Sequence record: DRR378314_1035
Length of the DNA: 62,640 nt
Strand: one strand, 5' to 3'
The notes beneath the pieces were generated by a model that did no database searches, had not been told where the DNA came from, and saw only the letters and a list, made by a program, of their open reading frames with translations. Made by a program: the position numbers and the translations under genes. Below, piece after piece: positions 19,287 to 27,837 of the stretch; the stretch's first letter is position 1; every line of letters starts with the position of its first letter.

Positions 19287-22073
19287 ATGAATGAACCAAC
19301 GCAAATATCTTTAGCTAACTCATTGACTGTAAAACAGTCAACAACCGATGCTGCTCAGCAAAATATTGACTTAAATGGGCAAACATTAAACGCTAAAAAC
19401 ATCGTGTTCGCTAAAGGTTCGTTGCAAATGGATATAATGGTAAATGATCACTGGCAAACCTTGCGGCTAGTAACAACCCAATCGCCAGCAAATGCACAAA
19501 AAATACCTTCTGCTGAGGTTCAATTAAGTGCTGATGGTAAACAACTCACTATTTTACCAACACAAATATCCTTGGCGCTTAATCAAGTTAAGCATCTACA
19601 GGATTTACTGAATTTTATTAGTTCCGGCAGTCAATTAGTCAATAAACCATTAACCACTACCGTTGTTACACATCCAACTGCAAAATTACAGCTCCCACAA
19701 TTAAACGCAAGTTTGCCAATAAATAAAGAAGTAGCAAGCGTTTTACAAGGTGAACAACCGATTCAAGCAATCATCAATAGCGACCATAAAGGTACTAAGC
19801 TCACAGTTTTAAATAGATTTGCTGACAACTTACATCAACAATCTATTAGCCAAAACAAATTAGCGACTTGGCTTGCAAAGTTAACGCCTAACGGACAAAT
19901 AAAAGCCATTAATAATGCTGTGGAATTGATTATACCGCAGCAAAAAAGCGCATTTAACGTACCCGTTAAAACTGAACAAATACAACAATTGAATTCAACT
20001 TTACAGGCTGTAAAAATAACAGCGGTAAATGATAAGCTGCAGCTAAAAACTAATAACCCACAGGTTATAGTAACGTTGAAGAACTCATTAACTAATACAT
20101 TTAATAGCTTACTTAAGGCACAGTCGGCAAAACTAAGCGCGCAACCACACACATCCCAACAGCCAATTGTTAGTCCTCTACTTAATACTAGTAGCCCAAT
20201 AAAATCTTGGATCCAAAGCAGTTTTTCGGACTTTAAAACACGTATATATGATGCTGTACGTTATTTTGAACAAAAACCTTTTAGCAAATCAGACCCCCTT
20301 ATAAATAGCGCAGTTCAAAACACAAAATCAATAAATAAAACTGTAAATACTGTTCAAACTACGCAACCAATACAGAGTCTAATTCCACAATCACTTACGC
20401 GTATAAACTTAGCGGCACTTGCAAACTCACATCCTTCGCCCTTTAAAGCTGATATCAGTAGTGGTACTGCACTACCAAAGCATTTTCATACCTCGCCACC
20501 TTTAGTACAGTTTTTTCAACAAATAAAAGCAGGTTTAAGCGCGCTGACTACATTGCCATTGAACCGCCACGCAGCAGAGCATGGCCTTTTACTCAATCAA
20601 CAACAAAATCAAACGAATACACAGAATAAAACAACATCAACACAGGCCACTTCAACGCAAATTGGCCAGCCAGCGAAAATTGCTAAGCAGACTGAAATAG
20701 CGGTAGATACTGGGTTAACAAAAGAAGCAAAAATAATAAGCAAAAATACCGACACAGTCGCTTCTTCCCAATCTTTTGTAGATAAAAGTCCCACTGTGAA
20801 AGTTGAAAAGAATAAAAATCTAACACCTCCTGTATTGCCAGCCGAAGCTAAAAACTTAGCATCTGATTTAAGTAAAAGTGCAAAAGAAATAAAGCCTGAT
20901 GTCATTCAACTGGCTACAAAAATGCAGCAACAATCTACCCCGAACACCGCTTCACCTAAAGCTGCGTCATTTACAGTGCCTGCAAACTTTGATGCTGCCA
21001 AAGCGATATTAGAAGCTAGCCATAACAAAGCTCAACAGCTTAATAATACCAATCCACCGGGGTTAGATACTAAACCAATTAATTTGGCTAGCATAAAAGC
21101 CCCCTTGAGTGCACCGATTGTTAGCAGTCAAGTAAGCCAACCTATTGAGGCAAAACTACTTGCGCCCTTACTAAACATTCCAAAAGATGTTTACAAACCA
21201 AAAAATGCTTTAATAAATGAGAGTAAACTACCTTTAGACAGGACATCTTTAACCCAAAAAATAGAACAACTTGCACAGCCTAAAATTTCTGAAAATGCAG
21301 ACCTTAATCGGTTAGTTAATCAAGCTTTTAACCGAATGATTAGCAGTCAAACTATTCAACCTCAGACCGTTCAGCGTGAGGTATTAAGCATTATATCGCC
21401 TAACAGCCTTTCTGCGCCTGCATATCAAAATAGTTTCAGTCAAGCTGTTGAAAATTTGAGTGTTGCTATCTTGGCCGGCCCTATTCTTAACACATCAAGT
21501 ATTGGTAATTTTAATGGCCAAACTTCACTTGATGCTCTTTTACAAGTATTAGTACCTAGTTTTAAAGCCGTTAATAGTGAAAAGCTTCAGGAGCAACTGC
21601 TCCAAGCAAGCAGCCAAGCACTGGCCAGCGAATTGAGTCAAATAAAAACAACAGTGAGTCAAGTAACCAGCACGCCCGTTAATCAACAAACAGATAGTAA
21701 TGCTTTTGTACAATTTTTCTTACCAATGAGGTTGCCACCTGAGGCTTCACAGACTGAAATATCACTCGGAAAATATAAAAAACCGAGCAATGAAAAGCCT
21801 GAAGGTAAAGATGTATGGTTTGTACGATTAAATTTTGATTATGCAGAGCTTGGTCAGTTGCAAATAACTGCCGAGTTAATGGATAAAGCACTGGATTGTA
21901 AATTGCTTGCATCCAGTCAAGAGGTAACAGCGATAGCGCACCCTCACCTTGAAAGCTTACGCCACAAACTATCTACACATGGGTTACAGGTAGGAGAACT
22001 TAATTTAAGTCAAGGTGCTGCAAAACACCAAGCATTTTACCAATCTCATGCCATTATTAATATTAAGGTCTGA
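19287..22073 (+). CDS. Second FliK-like protein (long low-complexity region plus C-terminal hook-length/T3S4-type domain)
   Basis: Q/S/T/P-rich 928 aa; C-terminal WFVRLNFDYAELGQLQI...LESLRHKLSTHGLQV; followed directly by an FlhB-fragment gene. Confidence 0.75.
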   Translation: MNEPTQISLANSLTVKQSTTDAAQQNIDLNGQTLNAKNIVFAKGSLQMDIMVNDHWQTLRLVTTQSPANAQKIPSAEVQLSADGKQLTILPTQISLALNQVKHLQDLLNFISSGSQLVNKPLTTTVVTHPTAKLQLPQLNASLPINKEVASVLQGEQPIQAIINSDHKGTKLTVLNRFADNLHQQSISQNKLATWLAKLTPNGQIKAINNAVELIIPQQKSAFNVPVKTEQIQQLNSTLQAVKITAVNDKLQLKTNNPQVIVTLKNSLTNTFNSLLKAQSAKLSAQPHTSQQPIVSPLLNTSSPIKSWIQSSFSDFKTRIYDAVRYFEQKPFSKSDPLINSAVQNTKSINKTVNTVQTTQPIQSLIPQSLTRINLAALANSHPSPFKADISSGTALPKHFHTSPPLVQFFQQIKAGLSALTTLPLNRHAAEHGLLLNQQQNQTNTQNKTTSTQATSTQIGQPAKIAKQTEIAVDTGLTKEAKIISKNTDTVASSQSFVDKSPTVKVEKNKNLTPPVLPAEAKNLASDLSKSAKEIKPDVIQLATKMQQQSTPNTASPKAASFTVPANFDAAKAILEASHNKAQQLNNTNPPGLDTKPINLASIKAPLSAPIVSSQVSQPIEAKLLAPLLNIPKDVYKPKNALINESKLPLDRTSLTQKIEQLAQPKISENADLNRLVNQAFNRMISSQTIQPQTVQREVLSIISPNSLSAPAYQNSFSQAVENLSVAILAGPILNTSSIGNFNGQTSLDALLQVLVPSFKAVNSEKLQEQLLQASSQALASELSQIKTTVSQVTSTPVNQQTDSNAFVQFFLPMRLPPEASQTEISLGKYKKPSNEKPEGKDVWFVRLNFDYAELGQLQITAELMDKALDCKLLASSQEVTAIAHPHLESLRHKLSTHGLQVGELNLSQGAAKHQAFYQSHAIINIKV

Positions 22074-22075
22074 AT

Positions 22076-22381
22076 ATGAGTGATATCGAGCAAAAATCAG
22101 CAATTGGATTATTATATGAAGCCGGTAAAGCGCCGACCGTTAGTAGTAAAGGGTTTGGCGAACTAGCTGAAGAAATAATTGCCGCCGCTGAAAAAAAAGG
22201 GATTTTGATACATCAGGACAAATCGCTCGCTAAAACCCTTTCCCATTTAGAGCTGGGTGAGGAGATCCCGAAAGAGCTTTATTATGTTATTGCAGAACTG
22301 ATTGCTTTTTCATACGTTCTAAGAGGCAAGTTTCCACCTGGCTGGCAAGATTTTCAAGGAAAATTAGATATAAAAGCGTAA
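22076..22381 (+). CDS. FlhB C-terminal fragment protein (FlhX-like; EscU/YscU/HrcU family)
   Basis: AIGLLY...APTVSSKG.GELAEEI...L.LGEEIP.ELY.VIAELIAF aligns by eye with the post-NPTH part of FlhB in this window. Confidence 0.88.
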   Translation: MSDIEQKSAIGLLYEAGKAPTVSSKGFGELAEEIIAAAEKKGILIHQDKSLAKTLSHLELGEEIPKELYYVIAELIAFSYVLRGKFPPGWQDFQGKLDIKA

Positions 22382-22403
22382 ACTTATTAGACCTTTTCAA
22401 TAC

Positions 22404-22428
22404 AAAAGGCGCTAACTAGCGCCTTTTT
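22404..22428. terminator. Hairpin terminator at the convergence of the FlhX-like and DUF2802-like genes
   Basis: AAAAGGCGCTA-AC-TAGCGCCTTTT overlapping the minus-strand stop codon. Confidence 0.65.
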
Positions 22429-22816
22429 GTTGATGTAGTGATATAAGTAACTCGGCTTCCGCACGCGGTAATTCACACTCACGGATGATCTCTTCTATAT
22501 CAGCTCCAAGCTCTACCATTTTTACTGCTCGTGAGTAGATTTTAGCATCTGGGTCGTCATATTTTTGCGCATCTTGTTGCTGTGCTAGCTCTTGACTCTT
22601 TTGCTCGGCATCAACCAAACGCTTGCCAATACTAAGCATTCCAGCGCGCATTTCAGCGACTTCACTACGTAAAATACTATTTTGTTGTAATGCATTAGCC
22701 AATTGCTTCTGGTTTGCTTGCTCAGAAGCCATTAACCGTTTATTTAAAATATATAAGAATACAAAGCACACTAATATTAAAAAAAGTGCGCTACACACTA
22801 AAGAGAGTAACAGCAT
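22412..22816 (-). CDS. DUF2802-like membrane-anchored coiled-coil protein
   Basis: N-terminal TM, coiled coil, YSRAVKMVELGADIEEIIRECELPRAEAELL; typical last gene of the polar che operon. Confidence 0.85.
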   Translation of the reverse strand: MLLLSLVCSALFLILVCFVFLYILNKRLMASEQANQKQLANALQQNSILRSEVAEMRAGMLSIGKRLVDAEQKSQELAQQQDAQKYDDPDAKIYSRAVKMVELGADIEEIIRECELPRAEAELLISLHQQKGAS

Positions 22817-22832
22817 AGTTTATCCGTAAGCA

Positions 22833-23330
22833 TTAGATATTGCTTAACTCATCCCACTCTTCATCATTTAGTAATTTATTCAAATCAACCAAAATTAATA
22901 ACTCGCCATCGCGGTTACTGACACCTTGAATAAACTTAGCACTTTCTTCTGTGCCAATGTTTGGTGCACTGTCAATTTCAGAACTACGTAAATATACAAC
23001 TTCAGCCACACTATCGGCTAAAATACCGATTACTTGCTCTTCTGCTTCAATTATAAGAACACGAGAATTATCAGTTGCTTCAGCAGACATTAAACCAAAA
23101 CGAGCACGCGTATCGATAACTGTTACAACATTACCACGTAAGTTAATTATACCAAGTACATAACTAGGGGCACCTGGAACTGGGGCTATTTCGGTATAAC
23201 GCAATATCTCTTGTACTTGCATCACGTTCACACCGTAGGTCTCTGATTCAAGTTTAAACGTTACCCATTGCAATACCTCGTCATTGCTATCGGCATTTTT
23301 ACTACTTGACACTAATCTTTCTTCGCTCAT
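22833..23330 (-). CDS. cheW: Chemotaxis coupling protein CheW
   Basis: QWVTFKL..E.YGVNVMQVQE, PVPGAPSYVLGIINLRGNVVTVID; start moved to ATG 23330. Confidence 0.95.
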   Translation of the reverse strand: MSEERLVSSSKNADSNDEVLQWVTFKLESETYGVNVMQVQEILRYTEIAPVPGAPSYVLGIINLRGNVVTVIDTRARFGLMSAEATDNSRVLIIEAEEQVIGILADSVAEVVYLRSSEIDSAPNIGTEESAKFIQGVSNRDGELLILVDLNKLLNDEEWDELSNI

Positions 23331-23349
23331 GCTATTACTCCGATTATCG

Positions 23350-24129
23350 TTACTGCTCACGGCTATCTAAGCCCTGCTCCAGCAATTGATTTAAATACTC
23401 TACATCAATTAGGGCACACATTTTTTCTTTAATCACGCCTGCTAACCATGGACGTTTACCGCTATTAGTCCGCCATTTTACGTCTTCAGAGCGCAAGGTA
23501 ATATTATTTACTAATTTTTCAGCTAATAATCCCCATTGACTATCACCTAAAGTAATTAAGTATTGATAGTCTAGTTTCTCTTCAAGCTCTTGGGTATATT
23601 TTTCTGGCATTACCCATCGTGCTGTATCAACCACATTTAAGTTTTCATCACGATTAAGCATTACACCTTTAAACCACTTAGGTTTTCCAAAAAGCTGAGT
23701 AACCTCACCTAACTGATGAATACCACCAAGTGCTTTTAATGGCACCGCTAACGTAAGCCCTGCCACTTCAAAAAATAGTGCCTGAAACTCGCCATCAAAA
23801 TAATCTTCTTGGCGTTGAACAGGCGTTTTTCCAACCGCTTCATTTATCGCTAGCTCTGTTTCAGCTATATCTTTGATATTAGCTTGAATTTGTGGTTTCT
23901 CAAGCTTTGATGTTTGCTCAGCCTGTAAAATAGGCTCTTCTAAAGCATCAGGCTGCATTATTGCTTGAGTAGTGGTTTTGGGTGTTAACTCTTTTTCGGT
24001 TGCTGATGGTTTAACTTGTTCAAGTAATTTTGCCACTGGCTCAAGTGCTGAAGAGTCTTCATCGCACAGTAAAGCGTCCAAATATTGGGTCATTACTTTT
24101 TCATTAGCAAACAACTGCTTACTCATCAA
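23350..24129 (-). CDS. parP: CheW-like polar chemoreceptor-array localisation protein (ParP-like)
   Basis: YLDALL N-terminus, low-complexity linker, C-terminal CheW-like domain FQALFFEVAGLTLAVPL...RPWLAG; directly after the ParA-like gene. Confidence 0.75.
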   Translation of the reverse strand: MMSKQLFANEKVMTQYLDALLCDEDSSALEPVAKLLEQVKPSATEKELTPKTTTQAIMQPDALEEPILQAEQTSKLEKPQIQANIKDIAETELAINEAVGKTPVQRQEDYFDGEFQALFFEVAGLTLAVPLKALGGIHQLGEVTQLFGKPKWFKGVMLNRDENLNVVDTARWVMPEKYTQELEEKLDYQYLITLGDSQWGLLAEKLVNNITLRSEDVKWRTNSGKRPWLAGVIKEKMCALIDVEYLNQLLEQGLDSREQ

Positions 24130-24900
24130 TTAACCTTGTTCAATCAAATAATCTAATAACGCACGATAAGCAAAAACGCCCCGCGAACGAGGACAAAATT
24201 GAATAGGCACTTGTTGCGCAAGGCTAGCATCTCGAAACTTTGTATCGACGGGAATTACCCCCGGCCAAACTTTATCTTTGTATGTCTGTTGAAGGGTTTT
24301 ATATGCCTCCAAAGATGCATTCGTGCGCTTATCATACATAGTAGGGATTATGGTATATTGATACTGCTTTGATTGCGAGCTTTGCATTAATTCCATCGTG
24401 CGCATCATTCGATCTAACCCCTTTAGAGCGAGAAACTCAGTTTGTACTGGCACTAATATTCGCTCACTGGCAGCCAGTGCATTGACCATTAGCACGCCTA
24501 ACACGGGTGGACAATCTAAAATAGCGTAATCGTAATGATCGCTAATTTTAAGTAATGCTTTTTTTAGAATAAGCCCCATGCCCGTTTTATTACCCATACT
24601 ACGGTCGAGTGTTGCGATAGCCATAGTTGCAGGTAATATATCAAGGTTAGCGATATTTGAAGGACATAAAGCTTGTAATATCTCTTCGCTTTGCATTGTA
24701 TTACCACGCGCAAAGATATCATAAACGCTAACTTCTAGATCTTCAGAATCGATGCCAAAATAATAGGTCAAAGAAGCATGAGGGTCAGTATCAATCAGCA
24801 ATACCCGCTTCCCTTGCAACGCCAAAATGCCTGCAAGGCTAACTGCTGTTGTTGTCTTGCCAACACCGCCCTTTTGATTTGCTACTGTCCAAACTTTCAC
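24130..24900 (-). CDS. ParA-family ATPase of the chemotaxis cluster (ParC-like)
   Basis: VANQKGGVGKTTT, IDTDPHASLT, LDCPP, PVQTEFLA; GTG start. Confidence 0.9.
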   Translation of the reverse strand: MKVWTVANQKGGVGKTTTAVSLAGILALQGKRVLLIDTDPHASLTYYFGIDSEDLEVSVYDIFARGNTMQSEEILQALCPSNIANLDILPATMAIATLDRSMGNKTGMGLILKKALLKISDHYDYAILDCPPVLGVLMVNALAASERILVPVQTEFLALKGLDRMMRTMELMQSSQSKQYQYTIIPTMYDKRTNASLEAYKTLQQTYKDKVWPGVIPVDTKFRDASLAQQVPIQFCPRSRGVFAYRALLDYLIEQG

Positions 24901-24908
24901 ATTACACC

Positions 24909-25874
24909 TTATTGTTCTTCATTTCGCGTTGTAATACGAATCCCACCATGGGGTAATTGGATTACTTTAATGGAATTATCATTTGAGGGCAGTTCAACCT
25001 CTTCTGGCATCGAAGCTTCAACTTCTTCTGATGCATCATCACTGTCAACAGCCTTTTGTTCAGGCAACCCGTATTTCGATAAAGCTACAACTACTTTACG
25101 GTTTTGTGCTCGCCCTTGTGCAGTCGTATTATCGGCAAAAGGAGAATACTCCCCATATCCCTCTATAGCCATTCTAGCAGGGTTTATGCCCATTCTTTCC
25201 AACTCTATCAAAATAGAAGTAGCTCGGGCGACTGATAACTCCCAATTCGAACGAAAAATTTCATTACGAATAGTTTCATTATCAGTATAACCGCGCACTC
25301 GAATGTAGTTATCCACCGGTGAAATGATATCTTTAACCATACCAATAACAGACTTCGCTCTACTGTGCGCTACAGCACTGCCACTTGAAAATAACATTCC
25401 CGAACTTAACTCAATGATTAGCCAGTCCTGATGTAACTCTAAACTTGCTTCACCATCACGTATTTCATCAATTAAAGCAGATTGTAATTTTGTGAGTAAG
25501 CTATCAAGAGGTTTACCTAAGTGCTTTTGTTTTACATTGCTTGTATCACTTTGCCCATCAAGTAACTCCGGCCCTACTTCTTGTTTTTGAATACTTTCGC
25601 CAAATAAAAGCTCTTTCTCTGGACTAACTCTATCTGTGAGTAAACCCGTGCCAGTAACACCCGTCCCCTCTTGGCTGTGTTGACGAGCAGATTTAACAAA
25701 AACTTGCTCTAATGAGTCAGATAATACTTGGAATTTTTCTTCTTTATTAATGGCCATCGCGTACATCACAACAAAAAACGCAAACATAATCGTCATGTAA
25801 TCAGCATAAGAGACTAACCATCTCTCAGTGTGCTGATTATTGGCATTATTATTACGTAATTTACGACGCATCAT
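24909..25874 (-). CDS. motD: Flagellar stator B subunit (MotB/MotD-like)
   Basis: ERWLVSYAD TM with the conserved Asp; OmpA-like domain VRGYTDN...SNWELSVARA...NRKV. Confidence 0.85.
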   Translation of the reverse strand: MMRRKLRNNNANNQHTERWLVSYADYMTIMFAFFVVMYAMAINKEEKFQVLSDSLEQVFVKSARQHSQEGTGVTGTGLLTDRVSPEKELLFGESIQKQEVGPELLDGQSDTSNVKQKHLGKPLDSLLTKLQSALIDEIRDGEASLELHQDWLIIELSSGMLFSSGSAVAHSRAKSVIGMVKDIISPVDNYIRVRGYTDNETIRNEIFRSNWELSVARATSILIELERMGINPARMAIEGYGEYSPFADNTTAQGRAQNRKVVVALSKYGLPEQKAVDSDDASEEVEASMPEEVELPSNDNSIKVIQLPHGGIRITTRNEEQ

Positions 25875-25882
25875 CAGAAGTT

Positions 25883-26647
25883 TTACTCAGGTAGTAAGGT
25901 TGGTCTTTCAATACGGTATGCTTCTAGTCTTAGCTCTATATTGACTGGGCTATCACCTTGGCTAATTGCCATAATCCCCTCTGCTAATAACTCATGATAA
26001 AGCATTTTTTGTTCCACTTGTTGTTTTAACTTATTAGCCATTGGCAAAAACAATAAATTAGCTAAACCAACACCATAAATGGTTGCAATAAATGCCGTTG
26101 CGACACCCGCACCTAATTTCTCTGGCTCGGTAATAAACGACATTGCTTGAATCAATCCTAAAACAGCCCCTAAGATACCAATCGTAGGACTGTAACCTCC
26201 AAATGCTTCATACACTCGGCTTGCTTCAAGCAAACGTTCACGTTCAAGTAACAGGTCTATTTCTAGCGTGTCACGTAGCGCCTTATCACTGACTCCATCA
26301 ACTAATAAACTAAGCCCTTTTGCAGCATAGGGATCTGGATGACTCAGTGCCGTCTCTTCAAGCGCAAGGTAGCCTTCTTGGCGAGCTTTTATTGACCACT
26401 GTTTTACTTGCTCAATTGCTCCGTCAATATCATGACGCGGCGGAAAAAACACCCAATAGCTTATTTTCAAAGCTTTTAAAAATGTACTCGAAGGAGACTG
26501 CAACATCACAGCCCCTATTGTTCCACCTAAAACAATAAGGAGTGCTGGTCCACTGAACAAGGCGGATACAATACCGCCTTCTAAAGAATACCCAAATGTA
26601 ATCGCACCTAGTGCAACAATTACACCTAAAAATGAGAGTTTATCCAC
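25883..26647 (-). CDS. motC: Flagellar stator A subunit (MotA/MotC-like)
   Basis: MDKLSFLG..., [54 protein letters not shown]; probable GTG start at 26647. Confidence 0.85.
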   Translation of the reverse strand: MDKLSFLGVIVALGAITFGYSLEGGIVSALFSGPALLIVLGGTIGAVMLQSPSSTFLKALKISYWVFFPPRHDIDGAIEQVKQWSIKARQEGYLALEETALSHPDPYAAKGLSLLVDGVSDKALRDTLEIDLLLERERLLEASRVYEAFGGYSPTIGILGAVLGLIQAMSFITEPEKLGAGVATAFIATIYGVGLANLLFLPMANKLKQQVEQKMLYHELLAEGIMAISQGDSPVNIELRLEAYRIERPTLLPE

Positions 26648-27773
26648 ACCCAATCTCACGGATAATTCGGTTCGCAACATCCTCTAATGCAATATCTGCA
26701 CTGGCTAAGCCTGCATTTGCAACGGCTTGAGGCATGCCATATACCACGCAACTTTTTTCATCTTGTGCCCAAATAGTTGCACCTACTTGTTTGAGCATTC
26801 GAGAACCATCACGACCATCAGCCCCCATACCAGTCAACACAACCGCTAATACATCACCTTGGTAGGCTTTTGCTGTACTGGCAAAAGTTACATCAACACT
26901 GGGTTTATAAGTTATTCTCGCACTGTCGTCTTCGAATACGCGTAATGTCCTATTTCCACCACGCCCTTCTACAAGCATTTGTTGACCGCCGGGTGCTAAG
27001 TAAGCTGTGCCTGGCATTAATTTATCGCCTTGCTGAGCCTCTTTTACTTTTATTTTACACAACCCATTTAACCTTGCTGCAAATGCAGGAGTAAATGCGG
27101 CTGGCATGTGCTGAATTAACAAAATAGGATGCGGAAAGTTAGCGGGTAATTTTGTTAAAATAGTTTGTAGGGCAACAGGTCCTCCTGTAGATGTCCCTAT
27201 TGCGACTATTTGATATTTTTTACCCGATGCACGCACGTCTGATTTTGGGCTAGGCGAAGGCGTTGCCCGGCTAAAAGAGCGATCTGGCTGAATAACTGCA
27301 CTGCGAGTAGACGACTCTTTGCTTGGTACTGCACGTGAAGAAATAGAAGGAGCTGGGCGGTTAAATCTGGATATTCGTCTACGCCCAATTTCTTTAACTT
27401 TATTTTGTAATAGCTTTATCGCATCTTCGTTATTTCGTGCTATGTCTTCAAATTTCTTTGGTAAGAAATCCAACGCACCCGCATCCAGCGCATCTAAGGT
27501 TGCCGTTGCACCATCGCGCGTCAATGACGAAAACATTAAGATAGGTGTTGGATTAGCAGCCATTATTTCTTTTACAGCGCTAATTCCATCAAGAACGGGC
27601 ATCTCTACGTCCATGGTAATAACATCTGGACGTAATTGACTGGTTTTATCAACGGCTTCACGGCCGTTAACAGCAAAACCAATTACTTCGATATCCTTAT
27701 CTTGTTCAAGAATTTCACTGACTCTACGGCGAAAAAAGCTTGAATCATCAACAACTAATACTTTAACTGCCAT
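26640..27773 (-). CDS. cheB: Chemotaxis methylesterase CheB
   Basis: Receiver domain plus [27 protein letters not shown]. Confidence 0.97.
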   Translation of the reverse strand: MAVKVLVVDDSSFFRRRVSEILEQDKDIEVIGFAVNGREAVDKTSQLRPDVITMDVEMPVLDGISAVKEIMAANPTPILMFSSLTRDGATATLDALDAGALDFLPKKFEDIARNNEDAIKLLQNKVKEIGRRRISRFNRPAPSISSRAVPSKESSTRSAVIQPDRSFSRATPSPSPKSDVRASGKKYQIVAIGTSTGGPVALQTILTKLPANFPHPILLIQHMPAAFTPAFAARLNGLCKIKVKEAQQGDKLMPGTAYLAPGGQQMLVEGRGGNRTLRVFEDDSARITYKPSVDVTFASTAKAYQGDVLAVVLTGMGADGRDGSRMLKQVGATIWAQDEKSCVVYGMPQAVANAGLASADIALEDVANRIIREIGCG

Positions 27774-27798
27774 TGGTACACTCTTGTTAAATTTTACC

Positions 27799-27821
27799 TA
27801 TGAGAGCCAAAGGCTCTCATA
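27799..27821. repeat. Perfect inverted repeat in the cheA-cheB intergenic gap
   Basis: TATGAGAGCC-AAA-GGCTCTCATA; no U-tract on the coding (minus) strand. Confidence 0.6.
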
Positions 27822-27837
27822 AAAGGATAAGTATGGG

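Noticed and set aside
24778-25290. 170-aa Cys-rich plus-strand ORF across parC/motD
   Set aside because: Antisense to two conserved genes; the Cys run mirrors Thr/Ala codons
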